A stretch of 64,000 nt of DNA from Thermomonas sp. (GTDB lineage: Bacteria > Pseudomonadota > Gammaproteobacteria > Xanthomonadales > Xanthomonadaceae): NCBI RefSeq assembly GCF_046293095.1, contig NZ_JBKBPN010000008.1, forward strand, positions 10,162 through 74,161, in the 5' to 3' direction. The number at the start of each line of letters is the position of its first letter. Position 1 is the stretch's first letter. Position numbers and translations under genes: made by a program. Of the stretch, positions 9,880-18,554 are shown piece after piece. The notes below the pieces were generated by a model that was given only the letters and a program-made list of their open reading frames with translations, was not told the origin of the DNA and did no database searches.

Positions 9880-12800
9880 TCAGCCGTGCTGCGGTTCCGG
9901 CGTCGCGGGGTCCGCATCCGACGGGCGCTGGCCGGCATCGTGCGCATGGTCGCGGGCCAGGTACAGGTAAAACGCCGGCAGCACGAACAGGGTGAACAGC
10001 GTGCCGATGGTCATGCCGGCGGCGATGACCACGCCCATCGAGAAGCGCGAAGCGGCGCCCGGGCCCTTGGCCAGCAGCAGCGGGATCATCGCGAACACCA
10101 GCGCGGCGGTAGTCATCAGCACCGGACGCAGGCGGATGCCGGTGGCTTCCTCGATCGCCTCGCGTTTGGACAGGCCCTGCTCCATCTGCAGCTTGTTGGC
10201 GAACTCCACGATCAGGATGCCGTGCTTGGAGATCACGCCGACCAGCGTCACCAGGCCCACCTGCGTGTAGATGTTGATGCTCATCCCCGGGAAGGCCTCG
10301 ATGCCGGCGAACTGCAGCACGTTGGCCGCCAGCGCCAGCACGTTCAACGCCAGCAGCGCGCCGCAGATCGCCATCGGCACGGTCAGCAGCATGATCAACG
10401 CGTCGCGGAAACTTTCGAACTGCGCCGACAGCACCAGGAAGATCATCACCAGCGCCAGCGCCAGCGTCAGCAGCATCGCCGAGCCCTCCTGCTTGAACTG
10501 CCGCGACTCGCCGGCGTAGTCCACGCTGTAGCCCTGCGGCAGGACCTCCTTGGCGGCCTGGTCCAGGATCGCCAGCGCCTCGCCCTTGCTCACGCCGGGG
10601 CGCGGGGCGAAGGTGATCGCCACCGCGTTGAGCTGCTGGAAGCGCTTGAGCGATTGCGGCTGCGCGCTTTCCTTCAGGGTCACGAGGGTGGACAGCGGGA
10701 TCAGCTGGCCGTCGCGGGTGCGGGTGTAGTAGTTCTCCAGGTCTTGGGCATTGAGGCGGTCGCTGCGCTGCACCTGCGGGATCACCCGGTAGGAACGGTT
10801 CTGCATCGCGAACAGGTTGGTGTAGCCACCCGCCAGCATCGCCGACATGTCGGCCGCCAGCGTTCGCATGTCGATGCCCAGCGTGGCCGCCTTGTCGCGG
10901 TCGATCTCCACCTCGATGCGCGGCTTGTCGATCTTCAGGTCCTTGTCCAGGAAGATGAAGCGCTTGCTGGCCCTGGCCTTCTGCAGCACCTGGTCGGCCA
11001 GCTCGGCCAGCTGCGACAGCTCGCCCACGCCGCCGATGATGAACTCGCCGCCACCGGCGCCACCGCCCGCGCTGGGCAGCGATGGCGGCACCAAGGCAAA
11101 CACGTTGAGGCCGCTTACCTGCGCCATCTTCGGCTGCAGCGCCTGCTGCAGCACCGCGTTGGTGGAACGGCTGCGCTGGCTCCACGGCTTCAGCACGAAG
11201 CCGGCCATCGCCATTGGGCTGGCGCCGCCGCCGCTGCCACGGAAGCCGCCGTTGAACAGGAAGTAGTCCTGCACCTCGGGCACGGTCTTGGAGATATTGG
11301 TGATCTCTGCGGTGTAGCGCTCGACGTAGTCCAAGGTTGCCACCGGGTCCGCAGTGGCCACCGAGAAGATGAAGCCCTCGTCTTCCAGCGGCGCCGGTTC
11401 CTTCGGTGCGGTCATGTACAGGAACGCGCAGCTCACCAGCACGATCAGGCCGAAGGCGGCGATCACAGACTTCGTTTCCAGCAGGCCGTGTAGGCGCCGC
11501 CGATAGGCCTGATGCAGCCTGTCGAACTTCGCGTCCAGCCAGGCTTCGAAGCCGCGCTTGGCGTGGCCGGGATCGTGCGGCTGCAGGATCTTGGCGCTCA
11601 TCATCGGCGTCAGCGTCAGCGCGATCACGCCGGACAGCAGCACCGCGCCCGCCAGGGTGAAGGCGAACTCGGTGAACAGCACGCCGGTGAGGCCGCCCTG
11701 GAAGCCGATCGGCAGGTACACCGCGATCAGCGTGGTGGTCATCGCCACCACCGGCCAGGCCAGCTCGCGGGCGCCGCGGATGGCGGCGTCGAACGGCGAC
11801 ATGCCTTCTTCGATGTGGCGGTGGATGTTCTCCAGCACGATGATCGCGTCGTCCACCACGATGCCGATCGCCAGCACCATCGCCAGCAGGGTCAGCAGGT
11901 TGATGGTGAAGCCCATCAGCAGCATCAGGAACAGGCCGCCGATCAGCGACAGCGGAATGGTCACCGCCGGAATCACCACGCTGCGCAGCGAGCCCAGGAA
12001 CAGGTAGATCACCACGATCACGATCACCAGCGCCTCGATGAGGGTGCGGATCACCTCGTTGATGGCGTCCTGGATCGCCTCGGTGCTGTCATACGGAATG
12101 GTGGCGGTGATGCCTTGCGGAAGCTGCGGCACGATCTGGCCGTCCCAGAGCTTGCGCACGGCTTTGATCACGTCCAGCGAGTTGGCGTCCGGGGCGACAT
12201 AGATGCCCATGAACGTGGCGGCCTCGCCGTTGATGCGCACCGAGGTGCCGTAGCTTTCCGAGCCCAGCGCCACGTCGGCGATGTCGCCCAGCCGCACGAT
12301 GGCGCCATCCTGTTCGCGCACCACCAGCTTGCGGAACTCGTCCGGGTTGCGCAGGTCGGTGCGCGCGGTCATGTCGATGGCGACCATCTGGCCCTTGGTG
12401 GAGCCCACCGCGGCCAGCACATTGTTGGACTGCAGCGCGCTGGACACATCGCTGGCGGTCACCTTCAGCGCCGCCATCTTTTCCGGCTTCAGCCAGATGC
12501 GCATGGCGAAGGTGCCGGCCCCCAGGATTTCCGCGCGCTGCACGCCGTCCACCGTCACCAGCTTCGGCTGGATGACGCGGGTCAGATAGTCGGTGATCTG
12601 GTTGTTGTCCAGCGTGTTGCTGGCGAACGAGACGTACATCGCCGCGATCTGCTCGCCCTGCTGCAGGTCGATCACCGGGTCTTCCGACTGCGGCGGCAGC
12701 TGGCCGCGCAGCTTGTTGACCTTGGCGCTGATCTGGGTGAGCGCCTCGCTGGGGTCCTTGTCCAGCCGGATGTAGGCCTGGATGGTGCTGATACCCGCCG

Positions 12801-13053
12801 AGCTGGTCGAGGCGATGTAGTCGATGCCCTCGGCGCTGGCGATCTCGCGTTCCAGCGGGGTGGTGATGAAGCCCTGGATCAGGTCCGCATCAGCGCCGAA
12901 GTAGGTGGTGCTGACGTTCACCACCGCGTTGCGCATTTCCGGGTACTTGCGCACGTTCAACTCGGTGAACGCGCGCAGGCCGAACAGCAGGATGAACAGG
13001 CTGACGACCATCGCCAGCACCGGCTTCCTGATGAAGATGTCGGTGAATTTCAT
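9880..13053 (-). CDS. RND efflux transporter permease (HAE1/AcrB family)
   Basis: 1057 aa with N-terminus MKFTDIFIRKPVLAMVVSL and a 12-TM architecture with two large periplasmic loops. An adaptor gene lies directly upstream. No outer-membrane factor gene is adjacent. Confidence 0.9.
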   Translation of the reverse strand: MKFTDIFIRKPVLAMVVSLFILLFGLRAFTELNVRKYPEMRNAVVNVSTTYFGADADLIQGFITTPLEREIASAEGIDYIASTSSAGISTIQAYIRLDKDPSEALTQISAKVNKLRGQLPPQSEDPVIDLQQGEQIAAMYVSFASNTLDNNQITDYLTRVIQPKLVTVDGVQRAEILGAGTFAMRIWLKPEKMAALKVTASDVSSALQSNNVLAAVGSTKGQMVAIDMTARTDLRNPDEFRKLVVREQDGAIVRLGDIADVALGSESYGTSVRINGEAATFMGIYVAPDANSLDVIKAVRKLWDGQIVPQLPQGITATIPYDSTEAIQDAINEVIRTLIEALVIVIVVIYLFLGSLRSVVIPAVTIPLSLIGGLFLMLLMGFTINLLTLLAMVLAIGIVVDDAIIVLENIHRHIEEGMSPFDAAIRGARELAWPVVAMTTTLIAVYLPIGFQGGLTGVLFTEFAFTLAGAVLLSGVIALTLTPMMSAKILQPHDPGHAKRGFEAWLDAKFDRLHQAYRRRLHGLLETKSVIAAFGLIVLVSCAFLYMTAPKEPAPLEDEGFIFSVATADPVATLDYVERYTAEITNISKTVPEVQDYFLFNGGFRGSGGGASPMAMAGFVLKPWSQRSRSTNAVLQQALQPKMAQVSGLNVFALVPPSLPSAGGGAGGGEFIIGGVGELSQLAELADQVLQKARASKRFIFLDKDLKIDKPRIEVEIDRDKAATLGIDMRTLAADMSAMLAGGYTNLFAMQNRSYRVIPQVQRSDRLNAQDLENYYTRTRDGQLIPLSTLVTLKESAQPQSLKRFQQLNAVAITFAPRPGVSKGEALAILDQAAKEVLPQGYSVDYAGESRQFKQEGSAMLLTLALALVMIFLVLSAQFESFRDALIMLLTVPMAICGALLALNVLALAANVLQFAGIEAFPGMSINIYTQVGLVTLVGVISKHGILIVEFANKLQMEQGLSKREAIEEATGIRLRPVLMTTAALVFAMIPLLLAKGPGAASRFSMGVVIAAGMTIGTLFTLFVLPAFYLYLARDHAHDAGQRPSDADPATPEPQHG

Positions 13054-13095
13054 GGGAGTCCCGCAAGTCAGGATGGGAGCGACGCACGGCCGCTC

Positions 13096-14289
13096 TTAGC
13101 GGTTTTCGACCTGCGGCTGGGCGTCGGCGGCAGGCTGCACGCTGTTGTTGATCGTCACCTCGGCACCGTTGCGCAGCTTCAGCAGGCCGGAAGTCGCCAC
13201 CTGCTCGCCGGGCTTGAGGCCCTCGGTGACCGCGATCAGATCGCCACGGGTGGCGCCGGTCTTGATGAAACGCTGGGTCGCCACCAGCTTGTCGCCGGTC
13301 AACGGCTTGCCCTGCATGTCGGTTTCGCCGGGTTTGCGCTTGACCTTGCTGATCACGAACACCGCGTTGCCGTAGGGGTTGAAGCTGACGGCGGTCTGCG
13401 GAATGACCACCACGTCACGCGCGTTGCCAAGGTCGAAGCCGACCTTGGCGAAGACGCCCGGGCGCAGGGCCCCGTCGGGGTTGCGCAGGGTGGCCTGGGC
13501 CTTGAAGTTGCGGGTGCTGGCGTCAACCTGCGGCTCCACCGCGCTGATCCTGCCTTCGAAGGTCCGGCCGGGCAGGGCGTCGATGCGGGCCTGCACCGGC
13601 ATGCCTTCGGCCAGCTTGCCGATCAGCTGCTCGGGCAGGGTGAAATCCAGATAGATCGGGTCGAGCTGCTGCAGCGAGACGATGGCCATGCCGGGCGCCA
13701 CGTACTGGCCCAGGTTGACTTTGCGCAGGCCCAGCACGCCGGCAAACGGCGCGCGGATGGTTTTCTGTGCGATCAGTGCACGCTGTGCTTCCACCTGGGC
13801 ACGTGCGCTGGCGGCGGCGGCCGTGCGCTGCTGCACTTCGTCCAGCGAGACCAGCTTGTCCTGGCCCAGCTGCTGCCAGCGGTGGGCCTGGGTTTCGGCC
13901 AGCGTGGCCGAGGTTTCCAGCGCCTTCAGCGTGGCGTCCTCGTTGGCGCTGTTCAGGCGCACCAGCGCGGCACCCGCGGCGACAGGCTGGCCGGCCTCGA
14001 ACTCGATGCTGCGGACGACGCCGCCCGCTTCGGTAGTCACGTCGGTGCCGTTGACGGCCACCAAGGTGCCGACGGCTTCTCCACCCTCCGCCCAGCGCTG
14101 TTGCCTGGCGGGCGCGGCGGAGACCGTCGCGGCCGGCTGCGGCATGTTGTCGAAGAAATTGTTGGTCTGCTTGGCGAAGAACGCCTTGATGGCGAACACG
14201 CCGCCGAACACGACAAGCACGCCCGCCAGCATCAGAATCCAGCGCAGGGCCGGGCGGGGCGGACGTTGGGGGGAGTGGTTGGCCGTCAT
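13096..14289 (-). CDS. RND efflux periplasmic adaptor subunit
   Basis: TM anchor (WILMLAGVLVVFGGVFAI), a coiled-coil hairpin and beta-barrel domains. Start chosen at the ATG at 14287-14289, because the upstream 58 codons of the track ORF look non-coding. Confidence 0.85.
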   Translation of the reverse strand: MTANHSPQRPPRPALRWILMLAGVLVVFGGVFAIKAFFAKQTNNFFDNMPQPAATVSAAPARQQRWAEGGEAVGTLVAVNGTDVTTEAGGVVRSIEFEAGQPVAAGAALVRLNSANEDATLKALETSATLAETQAHRWQQLGQDKLVSLDEVQQRTAAAASARAQVEAQRALIAQKTIRAPFAGVLGLRKVNLGQYVAPGMAIVSLQQLDPIYLDFTLPEQLIGKLAEGMPVQARIDALPGRTFEGRISAVEPQVDASTRNFKAQATLRNPDGALRPGVFAKVGFDLGNARDVVVIPQTAVSFNPYGNAVFVISKVKRKPGETDMQGKPLTGDKLVATQRFIKTGATRGDLIAVTEGLKPGEQVATSGLLKLRNGAEVTINNSVQPAADAQPQVENR

Positions 14290-14493
14290 GATGAGATCCG
14301 GGCAGGAGGAGGCTGGGGGCGGGCTACGGGGCCTGTGCAAGGTCCGGTACGCAGGCGCGCAGGGCAGGGATGCAGTGATCCTACACCGCGCAGTATAAAA
14401 ATAGGAATGACAGTCATTCCCTGTGGCAAACGTCACGATCGTGCCGGAACATGCCGGCCACATGATGACAGTGGATCAGCGCGAGGTGTGGGC

Positions 14494-16764
14494 ATGCGGC
14501 AACCACAAGCTGTGAAGGGCCCGGGAAACCGCCGTCAGCGCAGGTCGATGCTTGCGTGGCCTGTTGTGCTGGCGGCGCTGATTGCGGCGTTTGACGTGCA
14601 GGCCGCGCCGACCGGAGCGGATCCCCCCTGCGTCGGGCTGGTGCTGGGCGGCGGCGGCGCCCGTGGCATTGCCCACGTCGGCGTGCTCAAGGTCCTGGAG
14701 CGCGAGCACGTCCCTGTCTGTGCGGTGGCCGGTACCAGCATGGGCGCGATCGTCGGTGGCCTGTATGCAGCCGGCTACGATGCCGCCGAGCTGGAGCGGG
14801 TGGTGGACGGCTTGGACTGGGCCGATGCGCTCAGTGATGGCCCCGCGCGGCAGGACCTGCCGATGGAGCGCAAGGACGAGGACTTCCGCCATCTGCTGGA
14901 TCTGGAGATTGGCTATCGCGACGGCCGCCTGGGCGTCCCCGCCGGGCTGGTGCGCGGGCAGAAGCTGATGCTGCTGCTGCGCCGCCTCACGCTGTCAACC
15001 TGGCGCACGGAGCGTTTCGACGACCTGCCGATCCCGTTCCGCGCGGTGGCCACCGACATCGTCAGTGGCCGCAAGCAGGTGTTTGCAGACGGTGATCTGG
15101 CGGTGGCGATGCGCGCCAGCATGTCGGTGCCGGGGGCGTTCGCGCCGGTGAAGGTGGGCGATCGCCTGCTGGTGGATGGCGGGCTGGCCGAGAACGTGCC
15201 CGTGTCCGAAGTGCGCGCGATGGGGGCGCAGCGGCTGGTGGTGGTGGATGTCAGCTCACCGTTGCTGGAGCAGGCGGCGCTGCGCAACCCGGCCACCATC
15301 CTCGACCAGGTGGTCACCGCGCTGATGGCGGAGAAGACCGCACGCGAGCTGGCCACGCTGGGGCCGGGCGATGTCCTGCTGAAACCCGAGCTGGGCGACC
15401 TGACCGCCGGCCAGTTCAACCGGGCCGCCGAGGCGGTGGCGGCGGGCGAACGTGCGGCCGAAGCCCTGCTGCCGCAGTTGCGGGCGCTGGCGCTGCCGCC
15501 TGATCGCTATGCCGCGCTGCGCGTACGCCAGCGCCATCGCGACTTCGATCCGGGGCTGCTGGCTTTCCTTGAGGTCGAGCCGGGCCTGTCGCCCTCGGCG
15601 ACGCGCCGCGCGGCGTGGGCCACCGAGGCACTGGTCGGTCGCCCCTTCGACGTCGATGCGGTCGAACGCGGCATCGGCCGTGCTTACGGCGATGGCCGCT
15701 TCGAGACCATCGACTACCGGTTGATCCGGCGCGACGGCCAGACCGGCCTCGAGCTGCTACCGCGGCAGAAGCCATGGACCGCCTTCGGCAAGGTGGGCCT
15801 GCAGCTGGACGACGATTTCAACGGCCGCAGCAATTACCTGCTCTCCGCCGAGCTGGTGTTCAACGACGTCAACCGCAGCGGCGGGCAGTGGCGCAACCTG
15901 CTGCAGCTGGGGCGGACCACCGGCCTGCGCAGCCAGTTTCGCCAGCCGTTCGGCGACGGTGGTGCCTTCTACGTGGAGCCGGCCATTGCCCTGGGCAGCG
16001 AGTCGCTGCCGCTATGGCGGGACGGCGAGGTGCAGCTGGCCGAATACCGCCTGCTGCGGCGCGAGGCCAGCCTGGAGGCGGGCTATTCGCCATCGCCCGC
16101 CTGGCGGGTGGGCATTGCGCTGGTGGGTGGCAAGGACGCCGCGCGGCTCGGCATCGGCGATCCTGCGCTGTTGCGGAACGCGTCGGAAAGTTTCGCCGGC
16201 CTGCGCCTGATCGCCACCCGCGACACGCTGGACAGCATCAGCTTTCCCACCCGTGGCGCCCGTGCCGATCTGGAGTGGCTGTCGCTGCATCCATGGGCGG
16301 GTGCGGACGCAGAGGGCGAGGTGGTTCGCGTCGCCTATGACCACGCGCTGTCATGGCGGCGCTACCACGTCCTGCTCGGGGCGCGGTTGGCCAGCGCGGT
16401 CGATGATCCTGCCGCTTTCCGCGCGCAGACGTTCCTTGGTGGCTTCCTCAACCTGTCTGGATTCTCCGAGCGCTCGCTGGTGGGTACGCAAGCTGCGCTG
16501 GCACGGGCGGTGTTCTACCGGCGCAGTGGCGATACCAGCCGGTTGTTCTCGCTGCCGCTGTACGTGGGCGCCAGTCTGGAAGCCGGCAACGTCTGGCAAT
16601 CGCAGGGCGCATTCGGAACCGGTGCCCCGGTAGTGGCCGGCAGTCTGTTTGGCGGCCTGGACACCCCGCTGGGGCCGGTCTTCCTGGGCTTCGGCCGCAA
16701 CAGCCGCGGCGCCGACGCCTGGTACCTCAGCTTCGGCTCGATGTTGCGGCAAGCACCTCGCTGA
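14494..16764 (+). CDS. patatin-like phospholipase with C-terminal Omp85/surface-antigen-type beta-barrel
   Basis: Signal peptide, oxyanion GGGGARG, lipase serine GTSMG and catalytic DGG. The long C-terminal part resembles an Omp85-type barrel. It is the in-frame 3' part of the artefactual 1750-aa track ORF. The start could instead be the downstream in-frame Met of MLAWPVV. Confidence 0.85.
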   Translation: MRQPQAVKGPGNRRQRRSMLAWPVVLAALIAAFDVQAAPTGADPPCVGLVLGGGGARGIAHVGVLKVLEREHVPVCAVAGTSMGAIVGGLYAAGYDAAELERVVDGLDWADALSDGPARQDLPMERKDEDFRHLLDLEIGYRDGRLGVPAGLVRGQKLMLLLRRLTLSTWRTERFDDLPIPFRAVATDIVSGRKQVFADGDLAVAMRASMSVPGAFAPVKVGDRLLVDGGLAENVPVSEVRAMGAQRLVVVDVSSPLLEQAALRNPATILDQVVTALMAEKTARELATLGPGDVLLKPELGDLTAGQFNRAAEAVAAGERAAEALLPQLRALALPPDRYAALRVRQRHRDFDPGLLAFLEVEPGLSPSATRRAAWATEALVGRPFDVDAVERGIGRAYGDGRFETIDYRLIRRDGQTGLELLPRQKPWTAFGKVGLQLDDDFNGRSNYLLSAELVFNDVNRSGGQWRNLLQLGRTTGLRSQFRQPFGDGGAFYVEPAIALGSESLPLWRDGEVQLAEYRLLRREASLEAGYSPSPAWRVGIALVGGKDAARLGIGDPALLRNASESFAGLRLIATRDTLDSISFPTRGARADLEWLSLHPWAGADAEGEVVRVAYDHALSWRRYHVLLGARLASAVDDPAAFRAQTFLGGFLNLSGFSERSLVGTQAALARAVFYRRSGDTSRLFSLPLYVGASLEAGNVWQSQGAFGTGAPVVAGSLFGGLDTPLGPVFLGFGRNSRGADAWYLSFGSMLRQAPR

Positions 16765-16786
16765 GTGCCGCGGCGCGGCGTTGGCA

Positions 16787-16817
16787 CAAAAAAACCCGGC
16801 AGCCGCAGCTGCCGGGC
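16787..16817 (-). terminator. rho-independent terminator downstream of the phasin gene
   Basis: The minus strand reads GGCCCGGCAGCTGCGGCTGCCGGG followed by TTTTTTT. Confidence 0.8.
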
Positions 16818-16866
16818 CATGGATGCGCCCGTCGGAGGGGGAAGGCGGGCGCGATCCGGTGGACGG

Positions 16867-17262
16867 TTACTTGGCGGCCTTGGCGCCGGCCTTGGCGGCC
16901 TTTTCGACTTCGGCCTTGACCTGCGCGCCGGCCTGCTCGAACTGGCTCTTGGCCAGAGCGCTGATGGCTTCATTGGTCTTGATGGTGCCGGCGAAGGCTT
17001 CCTGCACGGCGCCGAAGCTGCGCTCGGCGTTGGTGCGGGCCACCTGCAGACCTTTCGGCCACACGCTCTTCAGGCCCTCGGGGTCGCGCACGTCCAGCAG
17101 CTCGCCGGCAAAGGCGAAGGTGGCGTTCATGTTGTCCTCGAGGGCGGCCATGTGCAGACCGAACACCTTGCTGGCGTTCTCCAGCGCAAGGTGATGGATG
17201 CTGGCGGCGGCGTCGGCGAACTGGCGGGCGGTGTTGTTGAACTGGTCGTTGAACTGGTACAT
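16867..17262 (-). CDS. phasin-family (PHA granule-associated) protein
   Basis: 131 aa, alpha-helical and Ala/Lys-rich, with the tail AKAGAKAAK. The N-terminus MYQFNDQFNNTARQFADAA is typical of phasin_2 proteins. Confidence 0.75.
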   Translation of the reverse strand: MYQFNDQFNNTARQFADAAASIHHLALENASKVFGLHMAALEDNMNATFAFAGELLDVRDPEGLKSVWPKGLQVARTNAERSFGAVQEAFAGTIKTNEAISALAKSQFEQAGAQVKAEVEKAAKAGAKAAK

Positions 17263-17412
17263 GGCGTTCTCCTGCGGTGCCTGTGTGAGGGCCGGCGAAG
17301 GGATATGCCGGTTGTGCAGTGCAACATATGCGCGGCTTTGTTGCGATGCAACATGTTTCCGACGAGCGGTCGCCGCCCGTTCAGGTTTGTGCCGGGCAAG
17401 CGGGTGGCTGGA

Positions 17413-17955
17413 TCAGCGCTGGCGGAGATAGCCGGGACGCGGCCGCGGCCAGGTCGTCTCCGGCACGGCTTCGCACCCGGCCACGGCGCGCGCCAGGGGC
17501 GCCAGGTGGGCCAGCGCGCGGGCATACACGCTGCGCTTGAAGGGCACCACGTGCTGCAGCGGGTACCAGAAGTCCACCCAGCGCCAGCCGTCGAATTCCG
17601 GCGTCTCGGTCAGGTCCAGCCGCAGGTCGGCGTCGGAGCCGCGGAAGCGCAGCAGGTACCAGACCTGCTTCTGGCCGATGCAGACCAGGCGGTCACGGTG
17701 GCGGATGGCGTGCGGCGGCAAGCGGTAGCGCAGCCAGCCGGGCGTGGCGCCCAGCACCTCCACATGCGCGGGCAGCAGCCCGGTTTCTTCCCGCAGCTCG
17801 CGGTACATGGCCTCCAGAGGCGTTTCGTCGCTGTTGATCCCGCCCTGCGGGAACTGCCAGCCGTCCCGGCGCACACGTCGCGCCCAGAACACCCGCCCGT
17901 CCTCGTGCATCAGCACGATGCCCACGTTGGGCCTGAAACCGTCCGGATCGATCAC
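17413..17955 (-). CDS. rppH: RNA pyrophosphohydrolase (Nudix)
   Basis: Nudix box [23 protein letters not shown]. The N-terminus (V/M)[13 protein letters not shown] matches RppH. I chose the GTG at 17953-17955. The longer 211-aa version is possible but less likely. Confidence 0.85.
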   Translation of the reverse strand: MIDPDGFRPNVGIVLMHEDGRVFWARRVRRDGWQFPQGGINSDETPLEAMYRELREETGLLPAHVEVLGATPGWLRYRLPPHAIRHRDRLVCIGQKQVWYLLRFRGSDADLRLDLTETPEFDGWRWVDFWYPLQHVVPFKRSVYARALAHLAPLARAVAGCEAVPETTWPRPRPGYLRQR

Positions 17956-18074
17956 GATGCGGACTCCACGATATCCACTGCCCCCGACTCTGCCAGCCGC
18001 GCCGGCATGCTGCAAGCCAGCCGCGCACTGATTGACGACGCACCGCAAAGCCGGAATAATTCCCGGCCCACGTA

Positions 18075-18123
18075 GGCTATGTAGCTCAGCCGGTTAGAGC
18101 ACAGCACTCATAATGTCGGGGTC
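18075..18123 (+). pseudogene. 5' half-copy of tRNA-Met (truncated after the anticodon arm)
   Basis: 41/41 identity to the first 41 nt of the intact tRNA at 18147. The next 8 nt have 2 mismatches, and similarity then ends. Confidence 0.8.
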
Positions 18124-18146
18124 AACGCAAACAATTTGGGAAATCT

Positions 18147-18223
18147 GGCTATGTAGCTCAGCCGGTTAGAGCACAGCACTCATAATGCTGGGGTCGGTGG
18201 TTCGAGTCCACCCATAGCCACCA
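18147..18223 (+). tRNA. tRNA-Met (anticodon CAU, elongator type)
   Basis: 77 nt with a GGCTATG/CATAGCC acceptor stem, a CTCATAA anticodon loop, a GGTTCGAGTCC T-arm and an encoded CCA. It closely resembles E. coli metT/metU. Confidence 0.95.
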
Positions 18224-18258
18224 GAGTTTCCCTAAAAAATCAATGCGTTAGATGACCA

Positions 18259-18286
18259 AAGCCCGCCTCGAAAGCGGGCTTTTTTG
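18259..18286 (+). terminator. rho-independent terminator after tRNA-Met
   Basis: AAGCCCGCCTCGAAAGCGGGCTTTTTTG forms a hairpin followed by a T-run. Confidence 0.8.
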
Positions 18287-18554
18287 TGCCAGTTCGACTG
18301 TCACAGCCAACTTGCAGGCCACTTCTGAAGGATCGCCACTGGTCATCCCCGGAACCCACCGGAATGGCTTGTGACAAGTTCTGTGACAGTTCCATGTGTC
18401 ACAGCAACAGCCAGACCCGCGAAAGCGACCCCAACACTGGAATCCGGCACACCTGTACGACAGTGCCATCGCCGGGCTCGAGCTCCACGGCCCCCAATTC
18501 CATGAGCCATTCGGCGGCATACTGCCCTGGGGGACATCGGGACTGCGCAAGGTA

